A stretch of DNA of 64,000 nt from Alkalispirochaeta sp. (lineage in GTDB: Bacteria > Spirochaetota > Spirochaetia > DSM-27196 > Alkalispirochaetaceae), in assembly GCA_965242725.1 (NCBI GenBank), contig CBDESZ010000020.1:32001-96000 (forward strand), read 5' to 3'. This document shows positions 27,611-39,069 of the stretch, piece by piece. Position numbers and translations under genes: made by a program. Below the pieces are notes generated by a model. It made no database searches. It worked only from the letters and a program-made list of their open reading frames with translations, and was not told the origin of the DNA. Positions within the stretch are counted from its first letter, which is position 1. Every line of letters begins with the position of its first letter.

Positions 27611-28888
27611 CTAAAAGAGCAGATTGGGTACCCACAGGACGAGCTGGGGGACCCATGTGATGAGTATGAGAACGGCAAAGAGTGCTACCGTGTATGGCCA
27701 GAGGGCGTATACCAGATCACCGAATTTCATTCCCGAAATCTTGGTCTGTACAAAAAGAAGCGCTCCGATCGGCGGCGTCAGGAGGCCGATCATCAGATTG
27801 AGAACGGTAATGACCCCGAAATGGGTGGGATCGATACCGAGATTTATCGCGATGGGCAACAGTACGGGGAAAAAGATCAGCATCACCGGGACCGCGTCGA
27901 GAATACACCCCATGAGGAGAAAGAAGATTGTCGTCAGCGCGAGAAAACCGTTCCTTCCCAGATTGAGATTGGTAATGAGGGTAAATACCTGCTCGCCGAG
28001 TTGTTCCGACGCTACAATGTACTGGTAGAGGCCCACTACGGCAAAAATGGCCATAATTGAAGCTGAAAAGACGGCAGTATTGCGAATGATCGGAAATATC
28101 TCCGTCACCTTGATCGATCGGTAGACGATGAGGCTGAGGACGAGAATGTAGACATTGGTCAGTGCCGCGACCTCCACCAGCGTGACAAAACCGAAGACAA
28201 CTCCGCTGATGACAAAAAGCGGCGCAAGTACCGCGAGGAACGTATCCCGCAGGAGCATGAGAAACTCGGAGAAATTGCGTTTCCCCTCGATGCGGGGATA
28301 GCCCTTCTTCTTCGCCTGAATCGTTGAAACGACCCATAAGAACGCGGCCATGAGGAGCCCCGGCACGAGGCCACCGAGGAAGAGTCGGCCGATGGAAATG
28401 CCGCTGATCACGCCGATGAATATCATCGGTACGCTCGGCGGAATGATCGGTCCGATCACGGCGGAACTGGTGTTTATCGCCGCTGCGTATCCGTCGTCAT
28501 ATCCCCGTTCACGCATAATCGGATGGAGCACCGAGGAGACTGAACTGGCATCCGCGACGGCGGATCCCGATACGCCGGCCATGATGACGCTCACCACGAT
28601 TGATACATACGCCAGTCCCGCACGAAACTGACCGACGAAGAAGTCGGCAAATCGCGTGAGCCGCCTCGTAATTCCCGTGGTGTTCATGAGATTGCCTGCG
28701 AGAATGAAAAGGGGAATTGCAACGAGTGTTGTCGAATCGATTCCGCCGACCATCTGGGAGGCGAGGACACGCAACGACACCTCTCCCTTGAGGAGAATGA
28801 AGACCATGCCGCTCACCCCCATAGCCAGCCAGATGCTGACGCCGAGACCGATGAGCGTGAAAAGCATTGCGAATAAGAGTAAGACCAA
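27611..28888 (-). CDS. dctM: TRAP transporter large permease
   Basis: AIPLFILAG, SGSAVAD, IIPPS, LTPPIG; TTG 28888 after AGGAG. Confidence 0.92.
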   Translation of the reverse strand: MVLLLFAMLFTLIGLGVSIWLAMGVSGMVFILLKGEVSLRVLASQMVGGIDSTTLVAIPLFILAGNLMNTTGITRRLTRFADFFVGQFRAGLAYVSIVVSVIMAGVSGSAVADASSVSSVLHPIMRERGYDDGYAAAINTSSAVIGPIIPPSVPMIFIGVISGISIGRLFLGGLVPGLLMAAFLWVVSTIQAKKKGYPRIEGKRNFSEFLMLLRDTFLAVLAPLFVISGVVFGFVTLVEVAALTNVYILVLSLIVYRSIKVTEIFPIIRNTAVFSASIMAIFAVVGLYQYIVASEQLGEQVFTLITNLNLGRNGFLALTTIFFLLMGCILDAVPVMLIFFPVLLPIAINLGIDPTHFGVITVLNLMIGLLTPPIGALLFVQTKISGMKFGDLVYALWPYTVALFAVLILITWVPQLVLWVPNLLF

Positions 28889-28906
28889 AATTGCCGCTCC
28901 TGGTAT

Positions 28907-28931
28907 GGTCGCCCGCACACGGCGGGCGACC
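28907..28931. other. Perfect 10-bp GC stem-loop between dctP and dctM
   Basis: GGTCGCCCGC-ACACG-GCGGGCGACC. Confidence 0.7.
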
Positions 28932-28945
28932 TCTCATGTGTTCAT

Positions 28946-29944
28946 TCAGTCAAGATTCCGGATCTGCTCAAGCATGCCGGCAGGCCACTTGTCGCCGTCC
29001 CAATCCTCAAATACACCTTCAAGTTCAGCTCGTATCGCCGGGAGGTTCAGTTCCGGTTCTTCAATGACCGTCATATTCTCCCGAAGCGTCTCGTACGCCT
29101 GTGCGAGCTGCTGTTCCGTGAGCATCGTAACCAGTTCTCCCGCCTCTTCCGCGGCGTTCCTGATCAGCTCCTGATCCGCTGCCGGGAGGCTGTCCCACAT
29201 TGCGGGGCTGGCGTAGAACGTCTCGATATCGCGAATGTAATCGGTACGCATATAGTAGTCCTGAACTTCGTAAAAGCTCATGTTTGCCACCGTGATGGCG
29301 CCGTTTTCCTGGGCATCGACGACGCCGGTGCTCAGGGCGACATAGAGTTCACCGAATGCGATCTGCTGGGGAACCGCCCCAAGGCGTTCCATAACGCGAA
29401 GAACAACTTCACTTGCTGCGGTACGAATCTTCAACCCCTCAAAATCTTCGGGTTCCCGGATTGCACGGTCTGCCGTCAGGCCGCGGGGAGCGGTGTCGCC
29501 GGCGATAGTGACGATGCGTACACCCGTGTTTTCCTCGGCTTCCGCGATGACCGGTGCGAAGAAATCGGATGTCAATGCGGAGCGCATGTGCTCATAGTCG
29601 CGATAGAGAAAGGGGATGGCCGTGATTTCAAACGCTTCGCCTCCGTCGATGAATGCAAGCGTGTTGATACCGCCGTAAACCATATCGAGATCTCCCGTCT
29701 GGAGTTGGGTGAACATTTCCTGGATATTACCCATTTGACTGTTTGGAAAAACCCGGACGGTTATTCGTCCGTCACTCGCCTCATTGACCAGCTCGGCAAA
29801 ACGAAGAGCCCCCAAATGAGTGGGATGGGCGGTATCCCGGATATGTCCCATGCGAATGGTCATTGTACCGTCTTCCGCCACTCCCGACGCAAAGACCACA
29901 GTTGCGACAGCGAAAAGCAATGCCGCTACGAATGTTCGTTTCAT
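28946..29944 (-). CDS. dctP: TRAP transporter substrate-binding protein
   Basis: Signal peptide, FPNSQMG, GLKIRT, GVVDAQEN, FYEVQ; GGAGG RBS. Confidence 0.92.
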   Translation of the reverse strand: MKRTFVAALLFAVATVVFASGVAEDGTMTIRMGHIRDTAHPTHLGALRFAELVNEASDGRITVRVFPNSQMGNIQEMFTQLQTGDLDMVYGGINTLAFIDGGEAFEITAIPFLYRDYEHMRSALTSDFFAPVIAEAEENTGVRIVTIAGDTAPRGLTADRAIREPEDFEGLKIRTAASEVVLRVMERLGAVPQQIAFGELYVALSTGVVDAQENGAITVANMSFYEVQDYYMRTDYIRDIETFYASPAMWDSLPAADQELIRNAAEEAGELVTMLTEQQLAQAYETLRENMTVIEEPELNLPAIRAELEGVFEDWDGDKWPAGMLEQIRNLD

Positions 29945-29993
29945 AAAAACCTCCTTGAAAAGATTGAAAAAACAAAACCGCCAATATTTTCTG

Positions 29994-30722
29994 TTACTGA
30001 TACACCTCCTTTGCCAGTTTGCCTTTGGTGGAACTCCAGCTGATGACGTCCTTGAAATGCTCCTGCAGACGCCGTTCCGCAAGTTCCACATCCTTCATTT
30101 CCAACGCATCAACGAGCTCCCTGTGGAGGCGTATAAACTCTTCAGTGTCCGAGGTGTGATACTCCCGCAGGTGCGTCATCGACCGCTGAAGGGTTGAAAA
30201 CATCTCAATGAGGTGAACCAGCAGGTGGTTGTTCAGAGGCCGGTAGAGGGTGCTGTGAAATCGGGTGTGTATCGAAATGAGTCTGTCTTCGTCTTCATCA
30301 TCGCCATCATCTGCGGCGACTTCCGCCATTTGGGAGAGCAGATGGCGGAGATCGGAAATATCCTCGTCGGTCAACAGGGGAATGACCCGGGCGATAAAGG
30401 TATGTTCCAGGGCCATACGGACGGCGATGACGTCGGCGAAGTTCTTGACGCTTATTTCCGTCCCGTAGGCTATGCTCGATACGAGCGCATCATAGTTGAA
30501 CCCGCGGACAAACCGTCCCACCCCGTGGCGCGTCTCGATCGCGCCTATCGCCTCAAGGGAGCGTAGTGCTTCCCGTATCGACGTGCGACTGATTCCCAAT
30601 GCATCGCCCAGGGCCTTCTCCGTGGGGATCATGTCGCCCTCTTTGAGACCCTGTGTCGCGATGTACATCCGGATCTGTGTTTGAGCGCTTTCGGTGAGAC
30701 CTGCAGATCTGAGATTTTTCAC
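29994..30722 (-). CDS. GntR/FadR family regulator
   Basis: IPTEKAL..LGISRTSIREAL...HGVGRFV plus FCD-like C-terminus. Confidence 0.9.
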   Translation of the reverse strand: MKNLRSAGLTESAQTQIRMYIATQGLKEGDMIPTEKALGDALGISRTSIREALRSLEAIGAIETRHGVGRFVRGFNYDALVSSIAYGTEISVKNFADVIAVRMALEHTFIARVIPLLTDEDISDLRHLLSQMAEVAADDGDDEDEDRLISIHTRFHSTLYRPLNNHLLVHLIEMFSTLQRSMTHLREYHTSDTEEFIRLHRELVDALEMKDVELAERRLQEHFKDVISWSSTKGKLAKEVYQ

Positions 30723-31987
30723 GAAACCACCTCCATCGATTTGTCCCGATATACGACGACACCGTCCCGTATTGCGTGGGTGACGTGCAGCTCCCGATCG
30801 CCTTCACGCCACTCAAATCGCACCAGGTCTCCGAACATTTCGGCTCCACCTTCGGTTTTCTCCGTTTGGGACGGATCGGAGGTGATGTATCCGGGCAGGC
30901 GGAAGTGGTCCATTGTGCGTAGGGTGCACGCCTCAACCGCCTGGGACAGGGATAGATCTGTATGCCGCACCGCCTGGGCGATATTGTGATTGAGGAGGTG
31001 GCCTGCTCCGGCAAGAAAGGGAGTACCGGCAAGGGAGACGTGTCCGTCGTGGTGCACCTCTACCTCCATATTGCCCCACCGTTTACGCCCCGGCGCGGTA
31101 CCTGCCAGGGGAGCGACATCACTGACGAGGATAATGCGGGATCGCTCCTTGCCGCGGACGATGCTCCGAAGCGCGTGGGGGGGAAGATGAAAACCGTCGG
31201 CGATAATTCCGGCGGTCAACCGGTCTTCCGCAAGCTGGGTCCATAGATAGTTGTTCAGACGCGGAAGGGATGCGTGGCTGCCGTTTCCCAGGTGGGTGGA
31301 CATGGACGCGCCGGCATCGACGGCGGCGAGAATCTCGTCATCCGTCGCGGCGGTATGACCGATGGATACAACGACCCCTTCCGACACCAGCCGTTCTATG
31401 AGTTTAATCGAGCCGGGTCGTTCCGGCGCGAGGGTAACCATCGCGAGGTCACCCCCTGCGGCGGCGAGCCATTCAGATACTTCCGCCCAATCGGGATTGC
31501 GCACATATCGCGGATCGTGGGCTCCCCGGGGTCCGTCTTCCGAAGAAATGTAGGGCCCCTCCACATGCAATCCGGCGAGAGCCGCCCGTCGCTGTGGCAG
31601 GGAGTCGGCAATCCCGTGAAGAATCTCGAGGTTGCGACATATCCGTTCCTGGCTGTTGGTAATCACCGTGGGTACGTGCCGTGTCGTTCCGGTGACGGCG
31701 AGTGCGTTGATCACACGGTCGACATCGTCCTCGCACAGATCGGGTCCGCTGTAATCAACGCCGTTGTAGCCGTTGACCTGAATATCCACAAAACCGGGGG
31801 CCCACCATGTGTGGTCCCGTCCCTGCCGGTACGTATCCGACGCCGATAGCGCCTGACCGGCAACAACGGCGGAAGATGCCACGATACTGGTGTCATCGGA
31901 GTATACATAGACGAATACGTCGCCCCCGTCCGCTATCCATCGACCTGAAACGGCCGAATTTTCGGCATGTAGGTCATCTGTTGTCAT
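30719..31987 (-). CDS. nagA: N-acetylglucosamine-6-phosphate deacetylase family amidohydrolase
   Basis: PGFVDIQVNG, HVEGPYIS, TLAPE, GHT, THLGN, IADGFH, VSD, LAGA. Confidence 0.85.
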   Translation of the reverse strand: MTTDDLHAENSAVSGRWIADGGDVFVYVYSDDTSIVASSAVVAGQALSASDTYRQGRDHTWWAPGFVDIQVNGYNGVDYSGPDLCEDDVDRVINALAVTGTTRHVPTVITNSQERICRNLEILHGIADSLPQRRAALAGLHVEGPYISSEDGPRGAHDPRYVRNPDWAEVSEWLAAAGGDLAMVTLAPERPGSIKLIERLVSEGVVVSIGHTAATDDEILAAVDAGASMSTHLGNGSHASLPRLNNYLWTQLAEDRLTAGIIADGFHLPPHALRSIVRGKERSRIILVSDVAPLAGTAPGRKRWGNMEVEVHHDGHVSLAGTPFLAGAGHLLNHNIAQAVRHTDLSLSQAVEACTLRTMDHFRLPGYITSDPSQTEKTEGGAEMFGDLVRFEWREGDRELHVTHAIRDGVVVYRDKSMEVVS

Positions 31988-32025
31988 ACAACATACATGT
32001 TACCGTCGAACGTTCGTCCTGTCAA
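31980..32025 (-). promoter_or_regulatory. sigma70 promoter and FadR-type operator of the nagA operon
   Basis: Minus-strand TTGACA-17 bp-TAACAT; palindrome GTTGT-ATG-ACAAC (31980-31992) centred on the start codon. Confidence 0.65.
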
Positions 32026-32037
32026 TGTAATGTGCCG

Positions 32038-32964
32038 TCAGAAAATTGTGCGAAGAATAAGGTCCTGGTCGTAATTCCCGAATCCCCGACCGAATATGTT
32101 CATGCCCCCCACATGCGCCGCGTCCCGTTCCACCCCGATACATACCTTGATGGAGTGGTGGTCGGACAGCCCCAGCTGATCAAGAGTCACGTCGGAGATT
32201 CTCACGCCGTCAACGTAGGATCCACTGTGATTGATACGCCAGTTCTTGAGGAGTCCGTATTGAGAGCCTTCCAGCTTCCACCAGGAGGGAGTCAGCTTTC
32301 CCCTGCGGTCTCCGTAGTCGCCGGGGGAGGTCCAGGTGCCGATTCTGACGCCGTTGATCCACACCGCGATATCCGAGCGCCATTCCTGATTTGTCCCGGG
32401 AATCTCCGACGACAGTTCCGCGGACAGTTCAAGCGATTTTACCGGTTTGTCCTTGTACAGGCTGTTGTTGGGAAACTTGTATTCTATGAAACCCGTTTCA
32501 AACCAGATAAGACCCGCTTTCATCCGGGCAGGATCGAGAAAGGACTCGGGAACATCGAGATAGCCGATAATACTTTCGGTGGAGCATAATCCGCAGGGCG
32601 CCGTTACTTCATATCGCGTGTACAGACCGATGGGCATTTCGACCTCAATGCGATTGTCGTCTTTTGGCGCCGGCTCAGGGGGATGGAGCTGAATGACGAG
32701 CTCCCGGTACACGGGATGACAGATTTTCTGAACCCCTTTCTTCCCCTTTACGTTTTCCGTTTGAATGAGTCCGGCCTTCTCGAGTATCGCGACGTTTGTC
32801 GCAACGGTCGACTGAGGCATCGAAAGGGTCGCCGCGATTTCATTAATGTTCTGTGGCCGTTCCTGTATGGCAAACAGTATGTCTACCCTGATCTCCGAAG
32901 AAAGCCCCTTTATCACCGAGACGTCGCGCTTGAGATCCACCACCAGAATCCGATCTTCTTCCAT
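32038..32964 (-). CDS. ArsR-HTH regulator with large C-terminal domain, divergent from the arabinoside operon
   Basis: N-terminal HTH (NINEIA..PQSTVATNVAILEKAGLI); APCGLC, SSEIPG, WTSPGDYG..RGKLTPSWW..SQYGLLK. Confidence 0.8.
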   Translation of the reverse strand: MEEDRILVVDLKRDVSVIKGLSSEIRVDILFAIQERPQNINEIAATLSMPQSTVATNVAILEKAGLIQTENVKGKKGVQKICHPVYRELVIQLHPPEPAPKDDNRIEVEMPIGLYTRYEVTAPCGLCSTESIIGYLDVPESFLDPARMKAGLIWFETGFIEYKFPNNSLYKDKPVKSLELSAELSSEIPGTNQEWRSDIAVWINGVRIGTWTSPGDYGDRRGKLTPSWWKLEGSQYGLLKNWRINHSGSYVDGVRISDVTLDQLGLSDHHSIKVCIGVERDAAHVGGMNIFGRGFGNYDQDLILRTIF

Positions 32965-33085
32965 ATAACGATTGAATCATAATTTGTGATATATTACCAG
33001 CATTTCGTTGAGGCATCGACGAAAAACGCTCAAAAATAGTCGTCCCGGACGTGTAAAAAAGTGATATAAAACATAAAGATTGATC

Positions 33086-33114
33086 TTGACGGGAGAAAAA
33101 AGCGCTCGTATAGT
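33086..33114 (+). promoter_or_regulatory. sigma70 promoter of araNPQ-abfA
   Basis: TTGACG-17 bp-TATAGT in an AT-rich divergent intergenic region. Confidence 0.7.
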
Positions 33115-33209
33115 AAAAACGTTGATGAAATACGTTGGACGTATGCTTTATCTCGACCAAATACGGTACTATATCAAATATAATGATATAGACCAAAAGG
33201 AGTAATTCC

Positions 33210-34520
33210 ATGAAGCGATTCAGTACGTTATTCTTTGTCGTTCTTCTTGTGGCCACATTGGCCGTCCCGGCGGTGTATGCCGGAGGACAGGGAGAGACTG
33301 CTGCCGACGGCGTTACCGAGTTGGAGTTGTGGACATTCCAGGAACTTCACATTGAGTTTTACGAACAGATGGCGCAGCGCTGGAACGAAGCCAACCCGGA
33401 CAGACAGATTGAACTTGTCGCGACTGCCTATCCCTATGACGACATGCACAATCAATTGCTTGTTGCCCTGCAGTCAGGTGTCGGAGCTCCCGATATCGTC
33501 GACATAGAAATCTCCCGGTTTCCGAATTATCTGCGGGGTACTCCGCAGCTCGTTTCGATAAATGATGTGGTAGAACCGATCATGGAGGACTTCGTTCAGG
33601 CCCGCTTTGAAATTTATGCCAAAGATGGGACCTATTACGGAATGCCCTTTCATGTCGGTGCCACCGTCATGTATTACAACACGGAAATTCTCGGGCAGGC
33701 CGGCGTCGACGTTGATACCATAGAAACGTGGGACGATTACATCGCGGCGGGACGCGCCGTCCGCGAACGGGTTGGGGTACCGATGACAACCGTTGAGGTG
33801 ACCGAACAGTGGACCTTCTGGCCCCTCATTTCACAACGGGGATCGGGTCTTGTCGATGAGAATGGCGCGGTCATCCTGGACAACGATATCAACGTCGATA
33901 CCCTGGAGTTTCTCCATAGCCTGATCTATGAACATGAAATTGCAATTCCGACCCCGGGGGGATTCCACCATTCCGAAGAGTATTACGGCTTTATGAACGA
34001 CGGTGGGGCGGCGAGCATTCTCATGCCCTTCTGGTATATGGGACGGTTTACCGACTACATGCCCGACCTGAAGGGTAGGATCGCGGTCCGTCCCCTTCCA
34101 CGATTTTCGCCCGGCGGCAACCGGTCAGCAGGTATGGGCGGTACGGGAACCGTTATCACCCGGCAAAGCGAGCATATCGAACTGGCGAAAGATTTTCTTT
34201 CCTTCGCCAAATTGTCCGAAGAGGGCAACATTTACCTCTGGGAACTCATGGGCTTCGATCCTCCCCGGTGGAGCGTCTGGGACGATCCGGCGCTTCAAAG
34301 GGAAAACAAGTTTACCAATTACTTCACCAACGGTACCGCGATATTCGAAGAGGTATTAAAGGTACGAAATGAGATCAATCCCGTGTACATGTCACCGCAG
34401 GTACCCGATATCATCGGAATCATACAATCCGAAGTGATGTACCAGGCCCTCAATGATCAGAGCAAGAGTCCCCGTCGGGCCCTTGAAGACGCCGCCGATA
34501 GTATACGGGCGATGCAATAG
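33210..34520 (+). CDS. araN: Arabino-oligosaccharide ABC substrate-binding protein (AraN-like)
   Basis: WTFQELH, GAPDIVDIE, HVGATVMYYN, PGGFHHSEE, SAGMGGTGT, GFDP; next to a GH51 gene. Confidence 0.82.
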   Translation: MKRFSTLFFVVLLVATLAVPAVYAGGQGETAADGVTELELWTFQELHIEFYEQMAQRWNEANPDRQIELVATAYPYDDMHNQLLVALQSGVGAPDIVDIEISRFPNYLRGTPQLVSINDVVEPIMEDFVQARFEIYAKDGTYYGMPFHVGATVMYYNTEILGQAGVDVDTIETWDDYIAAGRAVRERVGVPMTTVEVTEQWTFWPLISQRGSGLVDENGAVILDNDINVDTLEFLHSLIYEHEIAIPTPGGFHHSEEYYGFMNDGGAASILMPFWYMGRFTDYMPDLKGRIAVRPLPRFSPGGNRSAGMGGTGTVITRQSEHIELAKDFLSFAKLSEEGNIYLWELMGFDPPRWSVWDDPALQRENKFTNYFTNGTAIFEEVLKVRNEINPVYMSPQVPDIIGIIQSEVMYQALNDQSKSPRRALEDAADSIRAMQ

Positions 34521-34615
34521 ACTGAAGGAAACGGCGGAGCCCACGTATCGTGTACGACACAGCGCGTATGCATGCGTGGGCGTTTTCTTCAGCGGCACGC
34601 CACAGGAGCCTGTTA

Positions 34616-35503
34616 ATGAAACGGACCGGCAGTTATCCTTCATATGTACCCTATATCTTCATCGCGCCGTTCCTGGTTTCACTGGCGGTCTTCTTTTTCT
34701 ATCCGATCATCATGACGATCATCATGAGCTTTCAGGAGATCGTCCCGGGAGAGACAACCTTTGTCGGCCTGCGCAACTATCAGCGCCTGAGGAACCCCCA
34801 ATTCGGGACGGCCATCAAAAACAGCCTCATCTATACCGCATTAACCATCGCAATACTGATCCCCGTACCGATGGTACTGGCGACACTTTTGAACAGCATA
34901 CCGAAACGATCAAGTAATGTACTTCGGGCGATGCTCTTTGTGCCGGCGCTTCTCTCGGTGGTCGTGGTGGGAACCCTTTTCAGACTGATATTTTCTTCAA
35001 GCGATGTCGCCCTGGCAAACGCCCTTTCCGGTATCCTTGGATTTGAACCTCAGACGTGGTTATTGGGAGGGGCGAGCCACTCCATGGCGCTTCTCGTACT
35101 CATTGCGACATGGCGGTGGACGGGTATTAATATCGTGTACTTTCTCTCGGGGCTGCAGCAGGTTCCGGACGAGCTTTATGAATCGGCCGAAATCGACGGG
35201 GCGGGGCCGTTGCAGAAATTCTGGGGAATTACCGTTCCCCTCCTGCGGCCGACAACGATTTTTGTTACCGCCATCAGCATCTTCGGCGGGCTTGCGATGT
35301 TTGAGGAAAGCTTCATCCTCTGGACGCAGGGATCGCCCAACAATACGGGGCTGACGATCGTCAGGTACATATACCGACGCGGATTTGAAGCGGGCGAGCT
35401 GGGATTCGGTTCTGCCGTCGGTATTGTCCTCCTTGCCCTCGTGGTGATTATCAGCGCTCTCTTTCTCACGTCTGCGGGATTCTTCCGTCGGGAGGAGGCG
35501 TAG
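34616..35503 (+). CDS. araP: Carbohydrate ABC permease (AraP-like)
   Basis: WRWTG, ELYESAEIDGA EAA loop; AGGAG RBS before ATG 34616. Confidence 0.85.
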   Translation: MKRTGSYPSYVPYIFIAPFLVSLAVFFFYPIIMTIIMSFQEIVPGETTFVGLRNYQRLRNPQFGTAIKNSLIYTALTIAILIPVPMVLATLLNSIPKRSSNVLRAMLFVPALLSVVVVGTLFRLIFSSSDVALANALSGILGFEPQTWLLGGASHSMALLVLIATWRWTGINIVYFLSGLQQVPDELYESAEIDGAGPLQKFWGITVPLLRPTTIFVTAISIFGGLAMFEESFILWTQGSPNNTGLTIVRYIYRRGFEAGELGFGSAVGIVLLALVVIISALFLTSAGFFRREEA

Positions 35504-35505
35504 CG

Positions 35506-36354
35506 ATGACTTCAATCGACCGTTCTTCTACCGGCAGATTTCTGAGTATCACGGCTCTCATACTTGTCGCCTTTATTTTTCTCGTTCCCGTCTACGCACT
35601 GGCCCTCGCCGCATTTCGTCCCGGCCAGGAACTCCTGCGTTACGGAATTACCTTTCAGACCCTCGTACCGACGGACCTCATTCCAGACAACGTTATAAAC
35701 CTGATTTCGGCGCGCCGCGGCGCATATCTTCACTGGTTCCGGAACAGCGTTGTCATCATGGTGCTGAGGACCGGGTTGTCCGTATTCGTCTCCTCGTTTG
35801 TAGGGTACGGGCTGGGGGTGTATCGATTCAGGGGGCGCAACCTCGTTCTCTCCCTCGTTCTGCTGCTGATGGTCGTACCGATTCAGATTCTGATTCTTCC
35901 CTTGTACCGCCTTATCATCACGCTGCGTATCATTAACACGATCTGGGGCGTTATTTTGCCCTTTATCGTCTATCCCTTCGCAATATTCTTTTTTCGGCAA
36001 TTTGCACTTACCTTGCCGAAAGATTTTCTCGATGCCGGACGAATCGACGGAGTCGGTGAATTCGGAATCTATTTTCGTATCATGATGCCCCTTATGGCGC
36101 CCGCATTTGGCGCAATGACGATTCTCATCTCGCTGCAGAGCTGGAACGATTTCCTTTGGCCCCTCATCGTTATGCGTACGGAAACGATGTTCACCATTCC
36201 CATCGGACTCAATGCATTGCTGACACCCTACGGGAACAACTACGACATGCTGCTCTCGGGGGCGTTCGTCGCGACGCTGCCGATAATCGTCGTCTTTCTG
36301 TTCTTCCAGAAGTATTTCATCTCCGGGCTCAGTGCCGGTGCGATAAAAGGATAG
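35506..36354 (+). CDS. araQ: Carbohydrate ABC permease (AraQ-like)
   Basis: LDAGRIDG, WNDFLWPLI, LTPYGNNY. Confidence 0.85.
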   Translation: MTSIDRSSTGRFLSITALILVAFIFLVPVYALALAAFRPGQELLRYGITFQTLVPTDLIPDNVINLISARRGAYLHWFRNSVVIMVLRTGLSVFVSSFVGYGLGVYRFRGRNLVLSLVLLLMVVPIQILILPLYRLIITLRIINTIWGVILPFIVYPFAIFFFRQFALTLPKDFLDAGRIDGVGEFGIYFRIMMPLMAPAFGAMTILISLQSWNDFLWPLIVMRTETMFTIPIGLNALLTPYGNNYDMLLSGAFVATLPIIVVFLFFQKYFISGLSAGAIKG

Positions 36355-36377
36355 ATACGATCAATACCAATGGATAG

Positions 36378-37925
<1,548 letters not shown>

Positions 37926-38035
37926 GAGAATAGGAAGAGAAGCCGCCGAATGACGCAGCGTGCTCATGAGACATACCACTTGAGCGGTACTGGGGAGATC
38001 CCGTAGACACTCCTGTTTTGGATAGTGGAACAAAA

Positions 38036-38107
38036 AGCCAAGCGTCGGAGTCGAACCGACGACCTGCTCATTACGAGTGAGCTGCTCTGCCTCTGAGCTA
38101 GCTTGGC
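38036..38107 (-). tRNA. tRNA-Thr(CGT)
   Basis: Cloverleaf GCCAAGC...TAGCTCAG...CT-CGT-AA...GGTTCGACTCC...GCTTGGC; CCA not encoded. Confidence 0.95.
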
Positions 38108-38152
38108 GTGTGAGGCGACATCCTACCGAAAAAGGAACAGAATGTGAAGCCC

Positions 38153-38179
38153 TCAACCCTCGCTTCCACATGCCGATAT
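38153..38179 (+). promoter_or_regulatory. sigma28 (FliA)-type promoter of flgF-flgG-flgJ
   Basis: TCAA-N15-GCCGATAT, 7 nt before ATG 38187. Confidence 0.75.
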
Positions 38180-38186
38180 TATCACC

Positions 38187-39053
38187 ATGGTGCGAGGAGT
38201 ATTTACCGCAGCGAGCGGTATGGTTGCACAGCAACATCGCCTGGACGCGATATCAAACAATCTTGCCAATGCAAATACGGTCGGCTACAAACGGGACGTC
38301 TCCGTCCATAAAGCGTTTCCGGAGCTTCTGTTGCGTCGACTCAACGACAACGGCGTCATTTCCTTTCCCTACCGGAACGAACCGGTGGGCAGTATCGACA
38401 AGGCGCCGGTTGCGGGTCGGCTGGGAACCGGGGTGGAACAGAATGAAGTCTTCACCATCTTTGAGCAGGGGGCGGTACGACAGACGGAAAGCCCCTTTGA
38501 TGTCGCCCTGGAGGGGGAAGGGTTCTTTGTCGTCGATACACCGTACGGTGAGCGATATACGCGCAACGGTAATTTTACCATCGGTCCGGAAAGTCTTCTC
38601 GTCACGCAGCAGGGATATCCCGTTCTCGGCAGCGACGGAAATCCGATTGAAATCAAACTGAACAACTTTGTCATCGACGAGGATGGACGAATCTTTGCGA
38701 ATGAACGCTTCCTCGACGATCCGGACCGTCTTGTCCAGATGATGGAAAACGAATGGGACGAGACGATAGAGGTTGGTCGGCTCCGCCTGGTGGGTATGGA
38801 CGAAACGCGATACCTCCGCAAGGAGGGGGCAAATCTCTGGAATACCACGCGGGAGAGCGGGGAAGCGATGGACCTCATCGATGAAGGCAGGCCCGCCGTG
38901 CTTCAGGGATTTCTTGAAGAGGCCAACGTCAACCCTGTGACGGAAATGACACAAATGATCGAGGTCAATCGCGCGTATGAGGCGAACCAGAAAGTGGTGC
39001 AAAGCCAGGATCAGAGCACCGCGCGCCTGATCAGTGAAGTACTACGGATATAA
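38187..39053 (+). CDS. flgF: Flagellar basal-body rod protein FlgF/FlhO-like
   Basis: SNNLANANTVGYK, YTRNGNF, QGFLEEANVN..EM..MIEVNRAYEAN. Confidence 0.85.
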   Translation: MVRGVFTAASGMVAQQHRLDAISNNLANANTVGYKRDVSVHKAFPELLLRRLNDNGVISFPYRNEPVGSIDKAPVAGRLGTGVEQNEVFTIFEQGAVRQTESPFDVALEGEGFFVVDTPYGERYTRNGNFTIGPESLLVTQQGYPVLGSDGNPIEIKLNNFVIDEDGRIFANERFLDDPDRLVQMMENEWDETIEVGRLRLVGMDETRYLRKEGANLWNTTRESGEAMDLIDEGRPAVLQGFLEEANVNPVTEMTQMIEVNRAYEANQKVVQSQDQSTARLISEVLRI

Positions 39054-39069
39054 CGAGGAGTAACGAACC

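Noticed and set aside
37926..38107. Genomic island or IS end at the tRNA-Thr 3' end
   Set aside because: No integrase or transposase, and I found no duplicated tRNA 3' end in the window
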